DNA from: Octopus vulgaris
Taxonomy: Eukaryota
Length of the DNA stretch: 64,000 nt
Direction of reading: 5' to 3'
Assembly: GCA_951406725.2 (NCBI GenBank)
Contig: OX597825.1
Coordinates: 71,548,001 to 71,612,000 of the forward strand
Shown here: positions 27,521 through 39,619 of the stretch, in pieces
Position numbering within the stretch: the first letter of the stretch is position 1
Layout of the letters: each line of letters opens with the position of its first letter
The notes under the pieces: generated by a model
Told to the model about the DNA's origin: nothing
The model's database searches: none
What the model saw: only the letters and a program-made list of their open reading frames with translations
Translations under genes and position numbers: made by a program

Positions 27521-28782
27521 CTCTCTTCACGAGACAACAACATAATTCATGATAATCATTCCTTCTTCAAAGTCATTATTAACCCTCTTGGGTCAACCAG
27601 GCCAATTGATTGGCCCAAGTGATACAAGCCGAAAGGACATTAAGGCCGATCCATCAGCCCGATGGAACAAATGTTGTGAATGGTTGGTTTTGAAGTGTAA
27701 CAGCTAATCAGAAATCATCTTTCAGTAGATGTATCTCAGCAGAAAAAAAATTTTGGTCTTTTTGATTACACATACCAAAACACCATGTGTCTAAAAAGGG
27801 ATTAACATTCAGCTAGTACAATGTTTTTTTGTTTTTTTTTGAGATATGGAGTCAGATAAATCACAAGTCTTCCTTGACTTCACTGAAGATTTAAGCAGAT
27901 CAGCACAGTTCGATATTAGTTATCTTTTACTTGTTTCAATCATTGGATTGCGACCATGCTGGGGCACAGGTTTTGAAGGGCTTAGTTGAACAAATTGGCC
28001 TCAGGATTTAATTTTTTAAAGTTTGGCACTTATATCAATCACTTCTGCTGAACTGTTAAGTTATGGGGACATACAAACACACACACACATGAGGCACACA
28101 TGATGGACTCTAGTCGAAGATGACGTACGAGTGTTCAGCTTTTGCCATATGACCTGCACAAATAATTTGTTTATAGTGATCAAATGTTCGTGCTGTGCAT
28201 TAGTTCACCCCTTCCATCAAATCGACATCGTCCGAACAGGTGCACTGTATCAGGTGTCAAAGTGATCACAGCGCAACATGAGATGAAGTGTTTTGCTCAA
28301 GAACACAATGCACCACCTGGTCTAGGAATTGAAATCATGAGTCCCACTCCCTAACCACTAGGCCATACACCCTCACACACACATGTATATATACACACAA
28401 CAGGCTTCTTTCGGTTTTGTTTTACCAAATGCACTTGCAAGGTATTGGTAGGCCTGGAGTATAGCAATGCAATGGGACTGAACCTGAAATCATTTGGTAA
28501 CAAAGTGAGCTTCTTAATCACTAGGCCATGCATCCACCTTGTTGAGTACATTTTTTTTTTATCACTTAATCAGAGTAAAAGAGCAACACCCAAGAGTTTC
28601 TTCAAATATTCCACAATTGGTGAGTGGGGAAGGAAGGAGGACATTTATCCTCAGATGGAGAGTGTGGTCTAGATGTCTGCAACAGAGAGAGAGAATTCTG
28701 TTAAAAGCACCCACAGAGGAGAATTGATGTCCCCATATTGGCAGTAAATTACTTCACCTTTCAAAGAGATACAAGCACTAAC

Positions 28783-28865
28783 CTGTTGTAGTTCAACTTG
28801 CTTCTTCAATTCATCTAACTCCGATTTCAATTGTTTGTACTCTCGCACAATGTTAGCATTCTCAT
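28783..28865 (-). CDS. Internal exon of coiled-coil protein gene (DENANIVREYKQLKSELDELKKQVELQQ)
   Basis: Acceptor tttttcttctttgcag, donor gttagt; 83 nt, phase 1 to 0, exactly complementing the phase-1 end of exon 32332-32482 (G+AT = Asp). Confidence 0.88.
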
Positions 28866-29707
28866 CTGCAAAGAAGAAAAACTTGTTAAATATTTTACAT
28901 ATGTATACACACACACACGTGTGTGTCTGTCTGCATAATGGACATACTTACACACATCTAATGCCACTTAATTTTAAGATAACCAGTGTCTGAGATAAGC
29001 TGTCTTCACCAAATAGTATGATGAGCAGAGAATCCAAAAATACAATGCTTTATAAGTAACAACACCAACATCACACACAGAGAGCTTACACTTGAGGCAA
29101 AGTTTAAACATTATTTATAACACTAAATGCTCACTTATTTCCAAGTATCACCACCACTTCCATCATCATTACTTTATGGTCATTTTTCCATGGTGGCGTG
29201 GCATGAATTGGTCAGTACAGTCAGAGTTAGTCCTTATTCAGTGTTATTAAATGGGCCAGGGATCACATCTTACTTGTATGTTCAATTTTTGGCATAGCTT
29301 CTATGGCCAGACACCTTTTCTTAACACCAGTCACTTTACAAAAGTGTACTGTGTAAATTATATTATGGCACCAGCACTTGAGAGGTTGCTTTACTATCAG
29401 TAAGACCAAGGAGTCCTTCCTCCCACACATTATCACATTATCACTACTTTATATCGATCACAGGGTGCATTTTACAGAGGCACCTTGTGTGTGTGTATGT
29501 ATACAATCATTTACTTGTTTCAGTCATTGGAGTGCAGCCATGTTGGTGAAATGCCGTGAAGAGTCTTTAGTAAGACAAATGGACCACTGTATTTACTTTC
29601 TCGGCCTGGTACTTATTCTATGGGGATGTAAACAAACAAACAAACACCAGTTGTCAAACAATGGGGGCAAGGACAAACATGCACACATACATATAATATA
29701 TATGTGT

Positions 29708-30580
29708 GTGTGGTCTGATCAATAAGTATTCAGACTGTTGCCATAGAAACGAAGCTAAAACACACAGAGTAAAGCTGCTTGTCACAGATTGACCTTGACC
29801 TCTGCTGTGCACATGCGTTAAATTTTAATGTTCTAGCTCACTTCTGTTATTTACAGTAGTGCTTGGAAGGAAGGTGTGTAGCGTATGATCATTGCATTGA
29901 CCAGGACACAGGAAGTAGAGCAGAGAATCTGCATCAAATTTTGCCAAAAGCTTTGTGATACCTGTTCAGAGGCCTACACAAAGTTTTCAAAAGGTTTTCA
30001 TTGTTCTTAACACAATCAAGGAGATCTTGTGAGTGACTTTTTGGTTAGCTGAAAGCAGTTTTTGCACAAACTTTGCAGACACGCGTTAATACCCAAATCT
30101 TCAGTGATAATGGAGTGAACTGAACCATAACTAATCTGCACATCCTCTGATAACTCATGGATGGTGATTCGACAATTTCCCTTCACAGCTGCATGTACAT
30201 CTGCAATGTTTTTCTCTGTTCTGCAAGTTGCAAGTCTCCCAGAACATTCATTAATATTGACATGTTTTCAGCCATCTAGGAAACATCTGAACCACCCGTA
30301 CACTTGGGTGTGGCTCATACACTCTTCTCCATACACTTTCTGCAACTTTGCATAGGCCTCTGAGCAAGTATTGCCATGACAACTTTCTCTGTCCTGGTCA
30401 ATGCAATGATCACACACTACACACCTTCCTTCCAAGCACTTTTGTAAACAGCAGAAGAGAGAACGTTAAAGCTTAGTGTGCATGCACAGCAGAGTTCAAG
30501 GTCAATCTGTGCCAAGTGGCTTCACTCTGCATGCTTTAGCTTTGCTACTATAGCAACAGTCTGGATACTTATTGATCAGA

Positions 30581-30585
<5 letters not shown>
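29708..30585. mobile_element. Fold-back mariner derivative made of two inverted left ends
   Basis: More than 200 bp of inverted repeat (tctgatcaataagta... / ...tacttattgatcaga). The minus arm encodes the transposase N-terminus (AYAKLQKVYGEECMSHTQVYGWF...RITIHELSEDVQISYGSVHSII). Confidence 0.85.
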
Positions 30586-30629
<44 letters not shown>

Positions 30630-30649
30630 TACAGTATGGTGATGCAAAC

Positions 30650-30682
<33 letters not shown>

Positions 30683-30693
30683 CATATATATGT

Positions 30694-30740
<47 letters not shown>

Positions 30741-31280
30741 GAGTATGGTGATGCAAACAGGAAAATTATAACTCAAAATAAGTATATGTATAGTTTTATT
30801 AATATTTAGTAGAAACAAAAGAGTGACTCAAGTCACTAGTTTCAGCTACTTTTAGTTTTTCTGGATTTGATCCTTTGCTTTGACAGTGTAAACATTGCGT
30901 GCTTTAAAGTCTTTCATGCACTCCCCTTAAAAACTCTATTACAAGAAAGCTGACACACCCAATTACTAAATTTTTAGTTACTAGACTATCTTTACATGGT
31001 CAAAGCAAATGTAATAAAATATAATAAAACCAAAAATAACTTAAAACTAGTGACACATTTACTGACCAAAATGAAACTCTCTCTACCTGACTGCTGCTTC
31101 CTTTTTGTAAAGTGTTCACTTGTTCTACAAGTGTTTTGCAGTGTACTAGGATAATATACTTAATGGCATTAAACTTCTGACTGTCGAAAACAGATATCAA
31201 CTAAACCCTCTGAGAATGTTGGCTATAATAGATTAATCTACAGTAAAAATTGTTTCCTATCTCATTAATGACAAACAAAC

Positions 31281-31284
<4 letters not shown>

Positions 31285-31330
<46 letters not shown>

Positions 31331-31403
31331 TGAGAAAGAGAGAGAGTGAGAAAGAGAGAGAGAGAGAAAGAGAGAGAGTGAGAAAGAGAGAGAGAGAGAG
31401 AGA

Positions 31404-31434
<31 letters not shown>
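31285..31434. repeat. (GA)n compound microsatellite
   Basis: Direct inspection. Confidence 0.95.
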
Positions 31435-31435
<1 letters not shown>

Positions 31436-31532
31436 TTCCCCAGAAACCACATTGAAGCAAAGTGAGCTTCTTAACCACATAGTACATCTGCATAAAAATT
31501 TTTTTACAGCTGGATGTCTTTTCTATTGTTAA

Positions 31533-32196
31533 CCCCTTGACACCGGTATTACCCAAAGCATACAAGACACTGCTCCAGTTTTTTTATCTAATAAGGCCAC
31601 ACAAACACACAAGTGCCAACGAGCTCGCATCTATTTACGTTCACCGTTACAATAACATAGCTTCGTACATTTATGTCTACTGGTTTATGAAAACGAAATA
31701 TGTGAAGCTATTTATCATAATATGATATGCACAAGTTATTCTTGTGCAGCTGTGAAGGGAAATTGTTGAATCACCATCCATGAGTTACCAGAGGATGTGC
31801 AGATTAGTTATGGTTCAGTTCAGTCCATTATCACTGAAGATTTGGGTATGAGATGCATGTCTGCAAAGTTTGTGCAAAAACTGCTTTCAGCTAAAAAATA
31901 GTTTGCGTGTGATACAACTCAAAACACGGTATTATGCATGTAAAGTATCCGCATGTCGATTGGTCGACTGCTAGTCTCATGACTTGAACGTAACCTAAAA
32001 TAGCTCAGATAATGCATGGGACAGTGAGCGTGCACACCTCAAGAGATAAAGTACGCGATAGCGAATGTAAATACACATCAGCCACTAAAAAGTCCGTGAT
32101 AGATGTAGGGCAGCTCTAGATCATATATTTACGTTAATCATGGGTAGGCAAGCAAAAGTGTGATTGCATATTTGCATCAACTGTTTTGTCAGGGGG
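31533..32196. mobile_element. piggyBac-like non-autonomous element carrying a mariner fragment
   Basis: TTAA-ccccttgaca...tgtcaggggg-TTAA; internal 31745-31893 is an inverted copy of 30045-30192. Confidence 0.65.
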
Positions 32197-32331
32197 TTAA
32201 ACATTTAACAATGAAAAAAAGTGTAACTTGTGGTTAGCGACCACACAGAGAATGGGCATCATGATAATCCTTGGTTCTGCTCTGAAAGCTACAGAACAAT
32301 AAAAGCCATAACAAAATTAGACATAGCATAC

Positions 32332-32482
32332 CTTTGAGTTTAACAATCTCCATTTCTTTTTCTTGCTTTAACTGCATATATTCCTGATTTCTGTTCATAT
32401 CTTTTTGTCTGTTGTCTTCAGAGAATTTTTCATATTTTTGTTGTAGTCTATTGTACTCATTCTCTAAATCTTGATGTTGAGT
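32332..32482 (-). CDS. Internal exon of coiled-coil protein gene (TQHQDLENEYNRLQQKYEKFSEDNRQKDMNRNQEYMQLKQEKEMEIVKLK)
   Basis: Acceptor ttttttgccacttcag, donor gtatgc; 151 nt, phase 0 to 1; heptad-like E/K/Q/L-rich sequence; lies within track ORF 32234..32494. Confidence 0.88.
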
Positions 32483-33112
32483 CTGAAGTGGCAAAAAACC
32501 AGATCAATTTATGAGATTATAGTTACGAAAATAGAAATGGCTACATAGTGAAATCTTTTATTTCTTATTCCTTTATGTTTCAGTCATAGGTACATATTAT
32601 GTTAGTTTCTTTTGACAAGCTGCTAAGTTAATGGGATGTAAACAAACCGACATCAGTTGTCAAACAGTGATGTGGGACAAACACAAAGGCATGCACACAC
32701 AAACATAAGGGCTGCCATACAGTTTCCATCTCCCAAATCTACTCATAAAGCATAGATCTAAGAATGTGGTTTATTAAATGTGACTGATGGAGTGTCAACT
32801 GAATGAAATGTCACCTTGCAGTAAATAAATTAACATCTCAGTGCTGTTGCATGAATTACAGAGTTATATTTTGTATGTTTGACACAATCCAGTATTTATA
32901 CTATCAGCCAATATAATTAATTGATCCTTGAAGGCTGAATATCTATGACCTATTGGACTGAGTAAATAGAAATAAATAAATAAGTAATAATAAATTAATA
33001 GCATATGATTGATGACGTGATAGAAATAATGTAACCCAGAACAGACACTAAAAGAAATAACACATTGTACATTTGCTTAATCCCTTGTCCATATTGAGTG
33101 ACATAGTAGAAG

Positions 33113-33350
33113 CAAGGTGGCAAGCTGGCAGAAATGTTAGCACGCCAGGCGAAATACTTAGAGGTATTTCGTCTGTCTTTATGTTCTGAGTTCAAATTCC
33201 GCCGAGGTTGACTTTGCCTTTCATCCTTTCGGGGTTGATAAATTAAATACCAGTTACGCACTGGGGTCAATGTAATCGACTTAATCTCCTTGTCTGTCCT
33301 TGTTTGTTCCCTTTATGTTTAGCCCCTTGTGGGCAATAAAGAAATAAGAA
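33113..33350 (+). mobile_element. SINE family B, full length
   Basis: tRNA-like head aaggtggcaagctggcagaaa...gagttcaaattc, central gactttgcctttcatcctttcgggg, tail aataaagaaataag. Confidence 0.85.
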
Positions 33351-34274
33351 GCATGCTGAGTCCATAACCCAGAGGCTTGTAAATCAAATCTGCAATCTTT
33401 GACGAAATAGATACTATTTTTTGATATTTATACATTGCAGTTAAGTTGTCTAGAAGTATACCAACCATATACATGTATATATACCTACAGGAGAGGTACA
33501 GATTACCTTAGAAATTTGTACAGGGTCAAAGGGTCACCAACAGAATGTGCAGCAAAACCCAAATTGCATAATGGACAAAGATGACAACAGGGGTTTTTGC
33601 TTAGTATATAGGATTATTAATGATGATTATCATCAAAGAATATAATAAGAAGAATCAAGCACAAGGACTGTGAGAATTACATGAAAATAATATATTTTAT
33701 TTTACTTGTTTCAGTCATTAGACTGTGGCCATGCTGGGCACTGCTTTGAAGAATTTTTAGTCGAATGAATTGAGATCAGAACTTATTTTTTAAAGCCTAC
33801 TATTTATGCTATCGGCATCTTATGCGGAACTGCTAAGATACAGGGATGGAAACAAACCAAACACCAGTTGTCAAGCAGTGGTAGGGGACAATTATAGACA
33901 CAAACACAAACAACCCCCAACACACATGAACAATGAGTTTCTTTCAGTTTCTGCTTGCCAAATCCAATTATGAATTTGGTTGGCCTGGGGCTATAGTAGA
34001 AGATGCTTCCCTAAGGTACCACACAGGGGGATCAAACTTGGAACCATGCAGTTAAGAAGCAAACTTCTTACCACACAGCCATGCCAGCACATATATATAT
34101 ATATATATACATATCCAAAACTTTGTAGGAATGACTGAGAAGAATATATAAAACTAAATATAAGAAATAAGAGCAAATAGTTTCCTTTTTAAATAATTTC
34201 ATTGAAAAAAGTTCTAATCATATCATGGACGTGAATGCCATCCACAGCAAACTAATTATCTTAAATTGCATTAA

Positions 34275-34305
<31 letters not shown>

Positions 34306-35240
34306 AAGAAGCAAATTAATTACATTTTTTTGTCAGTTTTGTTGAATTATTTGTATCACCTATGCCTTGCAGATAACATAGAAGATGAGTTACTGTCAAG
34401 GACAACTTAATTATAATGCAAGAAGATAATCCCTGCTCCATGCTAATGAAAACTAAAAAGGAATACCAAATGATAAAATTAAAACACTCAGGCAGATAAT
34501 TAATGAATTTAAATGTGTTTCATCACAAGCAATATTATCTTTTACACTGGTGAGGTTCTGCTGATTACAAAGAAACAACACATGGGACGTTCACTAGAAC
34601 TATTCTACTAAATTAGCCCAAAGGTTTTACATCATCAATAACTGCGATGAACAACTTCAAACATTTAGTTCAGGATTCAGAATGAAGCTTATTTCTTCCT
34701 GTTATTACCAGTGTTCCGTTATGGAACTTTTTGTTTTAGCTTTTGTTTATATAAACAAACCAAGTGTTATTCTGGACTGAGTTTTTCTAGTATAATGAAC
34801 CCCCACCACTTTTTCTGTTCTTTTTTTGAAAAAAAAAAAAAAAAAAGGAAAAAAAAGAAAAAGAAATGGCAAATTCTTTGCAGAATTACAGATCTTGTGG
34901 ACTGCACCATGTCATTTTAGCAATTGCCTATGTTCCATTGTCCTGCTAGATCAAGGCTGATCTGGAACGACAACAACAACAACAACAACAATAGCAACAG
35001 CAGCAGCAGCAACAACACCATCACTGCTACCAACACCACCAACAATGCCACTACTACCACTGCTGCCACCACCACCACCACCAACAAAAGTGTTATGAGA
35101 TATTCTTTTTCTAAAGTGAACTTGAGAGAGAATAAGTCTACCCACTGAAATGTTTCAAGCACCTCTACAGCAATATGACTAAAGTAGCAGAAAAATGGTT
35201 AGGCATATTTCCATATTTGATGGCATAAATAAATGTTGGA

Positions 35241-35400
35241 AGGGCGTTCACGAGATGCACGCCGTCGATACGGCGACGCGGTCCGTCCCGTAAAAAACCC
35301 GAAAGATGGCAAACTGCGGCTAGCACGGTCGCCCGTAGCTCCGCCGCCCTAACGTGCCCGAAATCGAAAGAACGAACTTGAGCGTGCGGTCTCGCCCACG
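35241..35400. other. Compositionally foreign CpG/GC-rich island with predicted secondary structure, identity unknown
   Basis: About 26 CpGs in 160 bp inside a CpG-poor AT-rich intron; ends complementary (gagatgcacgc / gcgtgcggtctc). Confidence 0.8.
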
Positions 35401-35724
35401 TATCAGCTGCACCCCAATTTCAGCAGCACAGCACATATTCAGGAAGAAAAGTTCTTAAAGCATGCAATGTAGGGCCAACTCTGCAAATGGGAACAAAGGT
35501 AATTTCTTTTCTAAAGACATTTTGGTGGGTAAAAAAATGTCATACATGTCACTAAAAATGGTAAATAGAAAATTATGCAACACCATAAAAAATTCCAAGA
35601 AAGAGAAAAACAAAAATAAGCTCTCTGACCACCCATACTAGAACAGGAAAATAGATGTAATACAGAGATATCAATAAAATAAAAAAGTTTTTTTAATACA
35701 AAGAATTAAAAGAAAACTACATAC

Positions 35725-35778
35725 TTGTAACATTTTATGCTTTTGTTCAGCTTCTGAAAATCTTGCAGCTAGTTCTTG
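35725..35778 (-). CDS. Internal exon of coiled-coil protein gene (QELAARFSEAEQKHKMLQ)
   Basis: Acceptor tatgtgtttcag, donor gtatgt; 54 nt, phase 0 to 0; charged helical composition; joins the next exon in frame. Confidence 0.8.
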
Positions 35779-35994
35779 CTGAAACACATAATTTAAAGAG
35801 AAGACAATTCAGAATCCAAGTATCATGAGGTCATGCAGAAATGTACTGTATTCAATTGCATAAAAGATGCACAAGCATATTAGGTACATCCTGATTTCAA
35901 TAGTGTGTATTTAGGAAAAAGAGTTTGTAGTGTAACAAAGCTTATAAAGAGGCCCCTACCTTCACATAGAGGATCTGGTGTAATTTTTTTTGAG

Positions 35995-36495
35995 ATGACT
36001 GGCATTCGTGCTAGTGGAGTACAAAGAGCACCATACAAGTGTGATTGTTGACAGAGTGGCTATTCGAGTATGATCATTACCAGCGTCGCCTTACTGGCAC
36101 TTATGCCTGTGCTAGTAGGGTGCCAAGAGCACCATCCGAGCATGATCGTTGCCAGAACAGCCAACTGGCTTCCGTACCTGTGGCACGTAAAAGGGCACCA
36201 TTCGAGTGTGATCTTTACCAACGTCGCTTCACTGGCACCTGTGCCGGTGGCATGTGTAAAAAGATTCGAGTGAGGTCGTTGCCAGTGCCGCCTGACTGAC
36301 CCCGTGTCGGTGGCATGTAAAAAGCACCCACTACACTCTTGGAGTGGTTGGCGTTAGGAAGGGCATCCAGCTGTAGAAACTCTGGCAGATCAAGATTGGA
36401 ACCTGGTGCAGCCATCTGGCTTGCCAGCCCTCAGTCAAAATCATCCAACCCATGCTAGCATGGAAAGCGGACGTTAAACGATGATGATGATGATG
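35995..36495 (+). mobile_element. RTE-3'UTR-derived retroposon copy
   Basis: Internal ggcacgtaaaaagcacc repeats, family core, (gat)n tail. Confidence 0.8.
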
Positions 36496-36647
36496 TGTTT
36501 TGGATAAAAACTACACCATATATCTCATCAGATGCAGCATGTTCTTCATTTGTTTCATACTGTACTGCACATTGGTCTGTCTTTGGTCAGTTTAACCAAT
36601 CGCTACCATGAACCCAATTTGGGGATCTGGTTGTTTGTTTGTTGTAT

Positions 36648-36846
36648 TTAACCCTTTCGTAACCAACCCGGCTCTGGCTCTGAGCATAAATGTCTCGTTT
36701 TCGTAAGTTGTGAATTGAAATCTTCCAACAAACTTTAACACTAGCTGAATGATAACTAAGTTATTTTAGTAAATTCTTTGTTATATTTAAAATAATTGAA
36801 AGAAACACAGAGCATCTCAAAATAAATACAGTAACAAAAGGGTTAA
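36648..36846. mobile_element. TTAA-flanked piggyBac-like MITE
   Basis: ttaaccctttcgtaac...gtaacaaaagggttaa terminal inverted repeats. Confidence 0.75.
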
Positions 36847-37548
36847 AGTGAATTGCTTATGTGTGTTTAACAATGTTTAGTAGTTAAAGTTTGTCATTAT
36901 TAGCTTTGGTTAATCCTAGAGGGCATTTTATGTCATAAATTGCAATTTTTGAACTACAAAAATATTGACTGTTTTGAAAACGTTTTCTTTTCGCATTTCC
37001 TATTTTTATCATTCATTGATATTTCATACACCTTCACATTTGTTATTATAGTTTCAAAAAAACTAAAATGTTTATTATTGCAATTGAAGAGAAAAGAATA
37101 AATATGCTTTTTTCCACCCCCATTTGGGACTTTTTGAGAAATTTATCATAATTTCCAAAATAGTCCACATATGAAGAAAATTTAAATACTATATATTATT
37201 TTAACTTCTAAGACACCTGGCAAAGCCAAAAAAATATGAATAAAAATTTGGCAGTTAATGGGTTAAGTAGCGTATCAGGATTTCTACTAGAAGAAATAGC
37301 TAGTCTCCCTCATTCAACCAACCCTTCTCCATTTTCTGAAGACAGTGACACTGTAAGTGATCCACTCTCCTTCCATGACCTCTCTCACAACTCAACATAG
37401 AAAAGAGAGAGAGTTTAAAAGATTATAACCATCTTTCTTTTCAAACATGGCAATTTGTCTACTCCTTATTTGACCTTGATCAGTGTCACTCCAAGAGAAA
37501 CACTCACCTATGTGTCCAACTGATTAAAAATTTTATTTATTTATTTAC

Positions 37549-37632
37549 GCAGCTGATGATAGCCCTGCATTTAAATTGATGTAATGATTGCATTGTTCAA
37601 TTAGATGGAGCTGCTTGAAACAGTCGTACTGC
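37549..37632 (+). ncRNA. Putative type I minimal hammerhead ribozyme (Penelope-type)
   Basis: gcag-CTGATGA-(long stem II)-GAAA-C-agtc-GTA-ctgc; stem I gcag/ctgc; stem II catttaaattga/tcaattagatg. Confidence 0.65.
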
Positions 37633-37921
37633 ATCACCTCTTGATATCCTGTTGCTTATTTTGATTTTATTCACCTTACTAGGAGTTGTACGGATAATAC
37701 CTCACAGATTTGGTGCTTCAACTTAAGTACCTAATTCATCTGAACCTCAATTATATATACATATACACACACACATATATACATACATACACTTTTATTT
37801 ATGCATGCTAACCACTGGTAATAAATTATTTTTTATTTATTACCCTCATATATACGATAGTAATATTTATAATTCAGAGGCTATATAAAACACAATTTAA
37901 AATTTATTTATTTACTGCTGG

Positions 37922-37964
<43 letters not shown>

Positions 37965-38406
37965 TTGCGCACTTAGTTTGAATCCATAATGGATAAAGAT
38001 GTAGCTGTCTTGCACACGTGTTTTCGGTACATGTTTGTAACTACATAATTATTCATCGCACTGCAGCACACTGGACCTTATGGAAGTGTATTAAACCTTT
38101 AGCATGTAAATAGGCCATATCCAGCCAAAATATTCAACCAGTTTTATGTTCAGAACAGTCAGATCTGTCCTCTTACACTTGCCCTACAATGTCATTCTAA
38201 AGATAAGCAATCTCAAAGCTATGAAGATAACGGCATGATTGATTCAAACATTGTGACTTAAATAAGTATTATAGTTGACAGAATAACCTGAATGCCAATG
38301 GTTTAAACAAGAAGATTTAAAAAGAAAATGGGATGGTTGCAGCTAAAAATCGTTGATCACTGTGGTGCTCAATTAGGGTTTAACTAGGGCTAAACAATAA
38401 AGATAC

Positions 38407-39278
38407 ATTGGGTTGACAGATAAATTTTTCTGTTTCTTTCCAATTTAATTTTAATTAACGCAAAAAATATTTTTATCAAGTGTTTTATGGCTTTTTCTGT
38501 TGTTCTATTCTTCCTCTACAAAGAACAAAAAAAAAAAAAAACAGTATTTTTAACATGAGCTTCATTTTACTTTAAATCTAGATTCCAAAGCTGCCAAAGT
38601 TGCCAGAGACATTTGTGCTGTATATGGAGAAGGCGCTATTACTGAAAGAATTGCACAGAAATGGTTTTTGTGCTTCAAGGATGATGAAATTCAACCTCAC
38701 AGAACCTCTCTGTTCCAGCCATGCTGTTCAGTTCAATGAGGATTGATTGAAAAAGCTCATCAAAGATGATCTGTGCCTATCCACGAGGGAACTGACCTAG
38801 TAAAAGAGATGCTCTCCTTTTACGATTGCCCATCACCTTCATTCAATGGGAAAAGTCCAAAACCCCAACACAGGGACAATGTGATTCTTCATCAAAATGA
38901 CATACCTTCACATTGCTAATTTGACCAAAAATGCTATTCAAAAGCTTGACTGGAAAGTTCTACCATGCCTAGCATATTCTCCTGATATAGCACTCTCAGA
39001 TCACCATTTTTTCAGTTGTTCTCCAACAGTCTGTGAGGCATTTCATTCAACAACACAGAGCTGAGATCATAAGTCAATGAATTCTTTTGAATTTTTTGAG
39101 TCCTGGTGATTTTGAAACCTGGTGATTTCAACCATCAAGGCAATGACAAACTAGTGGAATGTTGACAAGAAGTTGCAAACAATGAAGAGTATATTACTGG
39201 CTGACTTGTTAAAATTGTTGATGGAAAATGAAGATTAAAAATAAATGGAAGAAAATGAGTTTATCCAAAAATCTGATA
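38407..39278 (+). mobile_element. Decayed, internally deleted mariner transposon
   Basis: SKAAKVARDICAVYGEGAITERIAQKWF (HTH) and LDWKVLPCLAYSPDIALSD (YSPDLAPSD motif). Confidence 0.88.
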
Positions 39279-39340
39279 AAAGTAATTGAAACACAAATAT
39301 CTAAAACAAAAATATTTAAAGTAATAAAAATTTAACTTAC

Positions 39341-39390
39341 TCTGTCTTTGTAATATTTTTCTTTCATATTTGATTTTTCTAAGTTTATTT
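39341..39390 (-). CDS. Internal exon of unidentified coiled-coil protein gene (xINLEKSNMKEKYYKDR)
   Basis: Minus strand: strong acceptor tttttttcttttgcag and donor gtaagt; 50 nt, phase 1 to 0, open and in frame with exon 35725-35778. Confidence 0.7.
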
Positions 39391-39442
39391 CTGCAAAAGA
39401 AAAAAATTATGGTCATTACATATAATACCATAGAGAATAATG

Positions 39443-39473
<31 letters not shown>

Positions 39474-39555
39474 CAATAATAATCCTTTCAACTATAGGCA
39501 CATGGCCTGAAATCCTATGCATGAAAATCTTGGCCTTTGAGTTACTCTGTCATTT

Positions 39556-39619
<64 letters not shown>

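Noticed and set aside
35345-35353. ccctaac as a telomerase RNA template
   Set aside because: Only 7 nt, with no 1.5-repeat template.
37508-37519. 12-nt microexon with a gtgagt donor beside the hammerhead
   Set aside because: It encodes a stop in the phase required by its neighbours; no other support.
37995-38070. Hammerhead-like GAAAAC-acgt-GTG on the minus strand next to (TA)n
   Set aside because: GUG is not an NUH site and the 5' core is degenerate.
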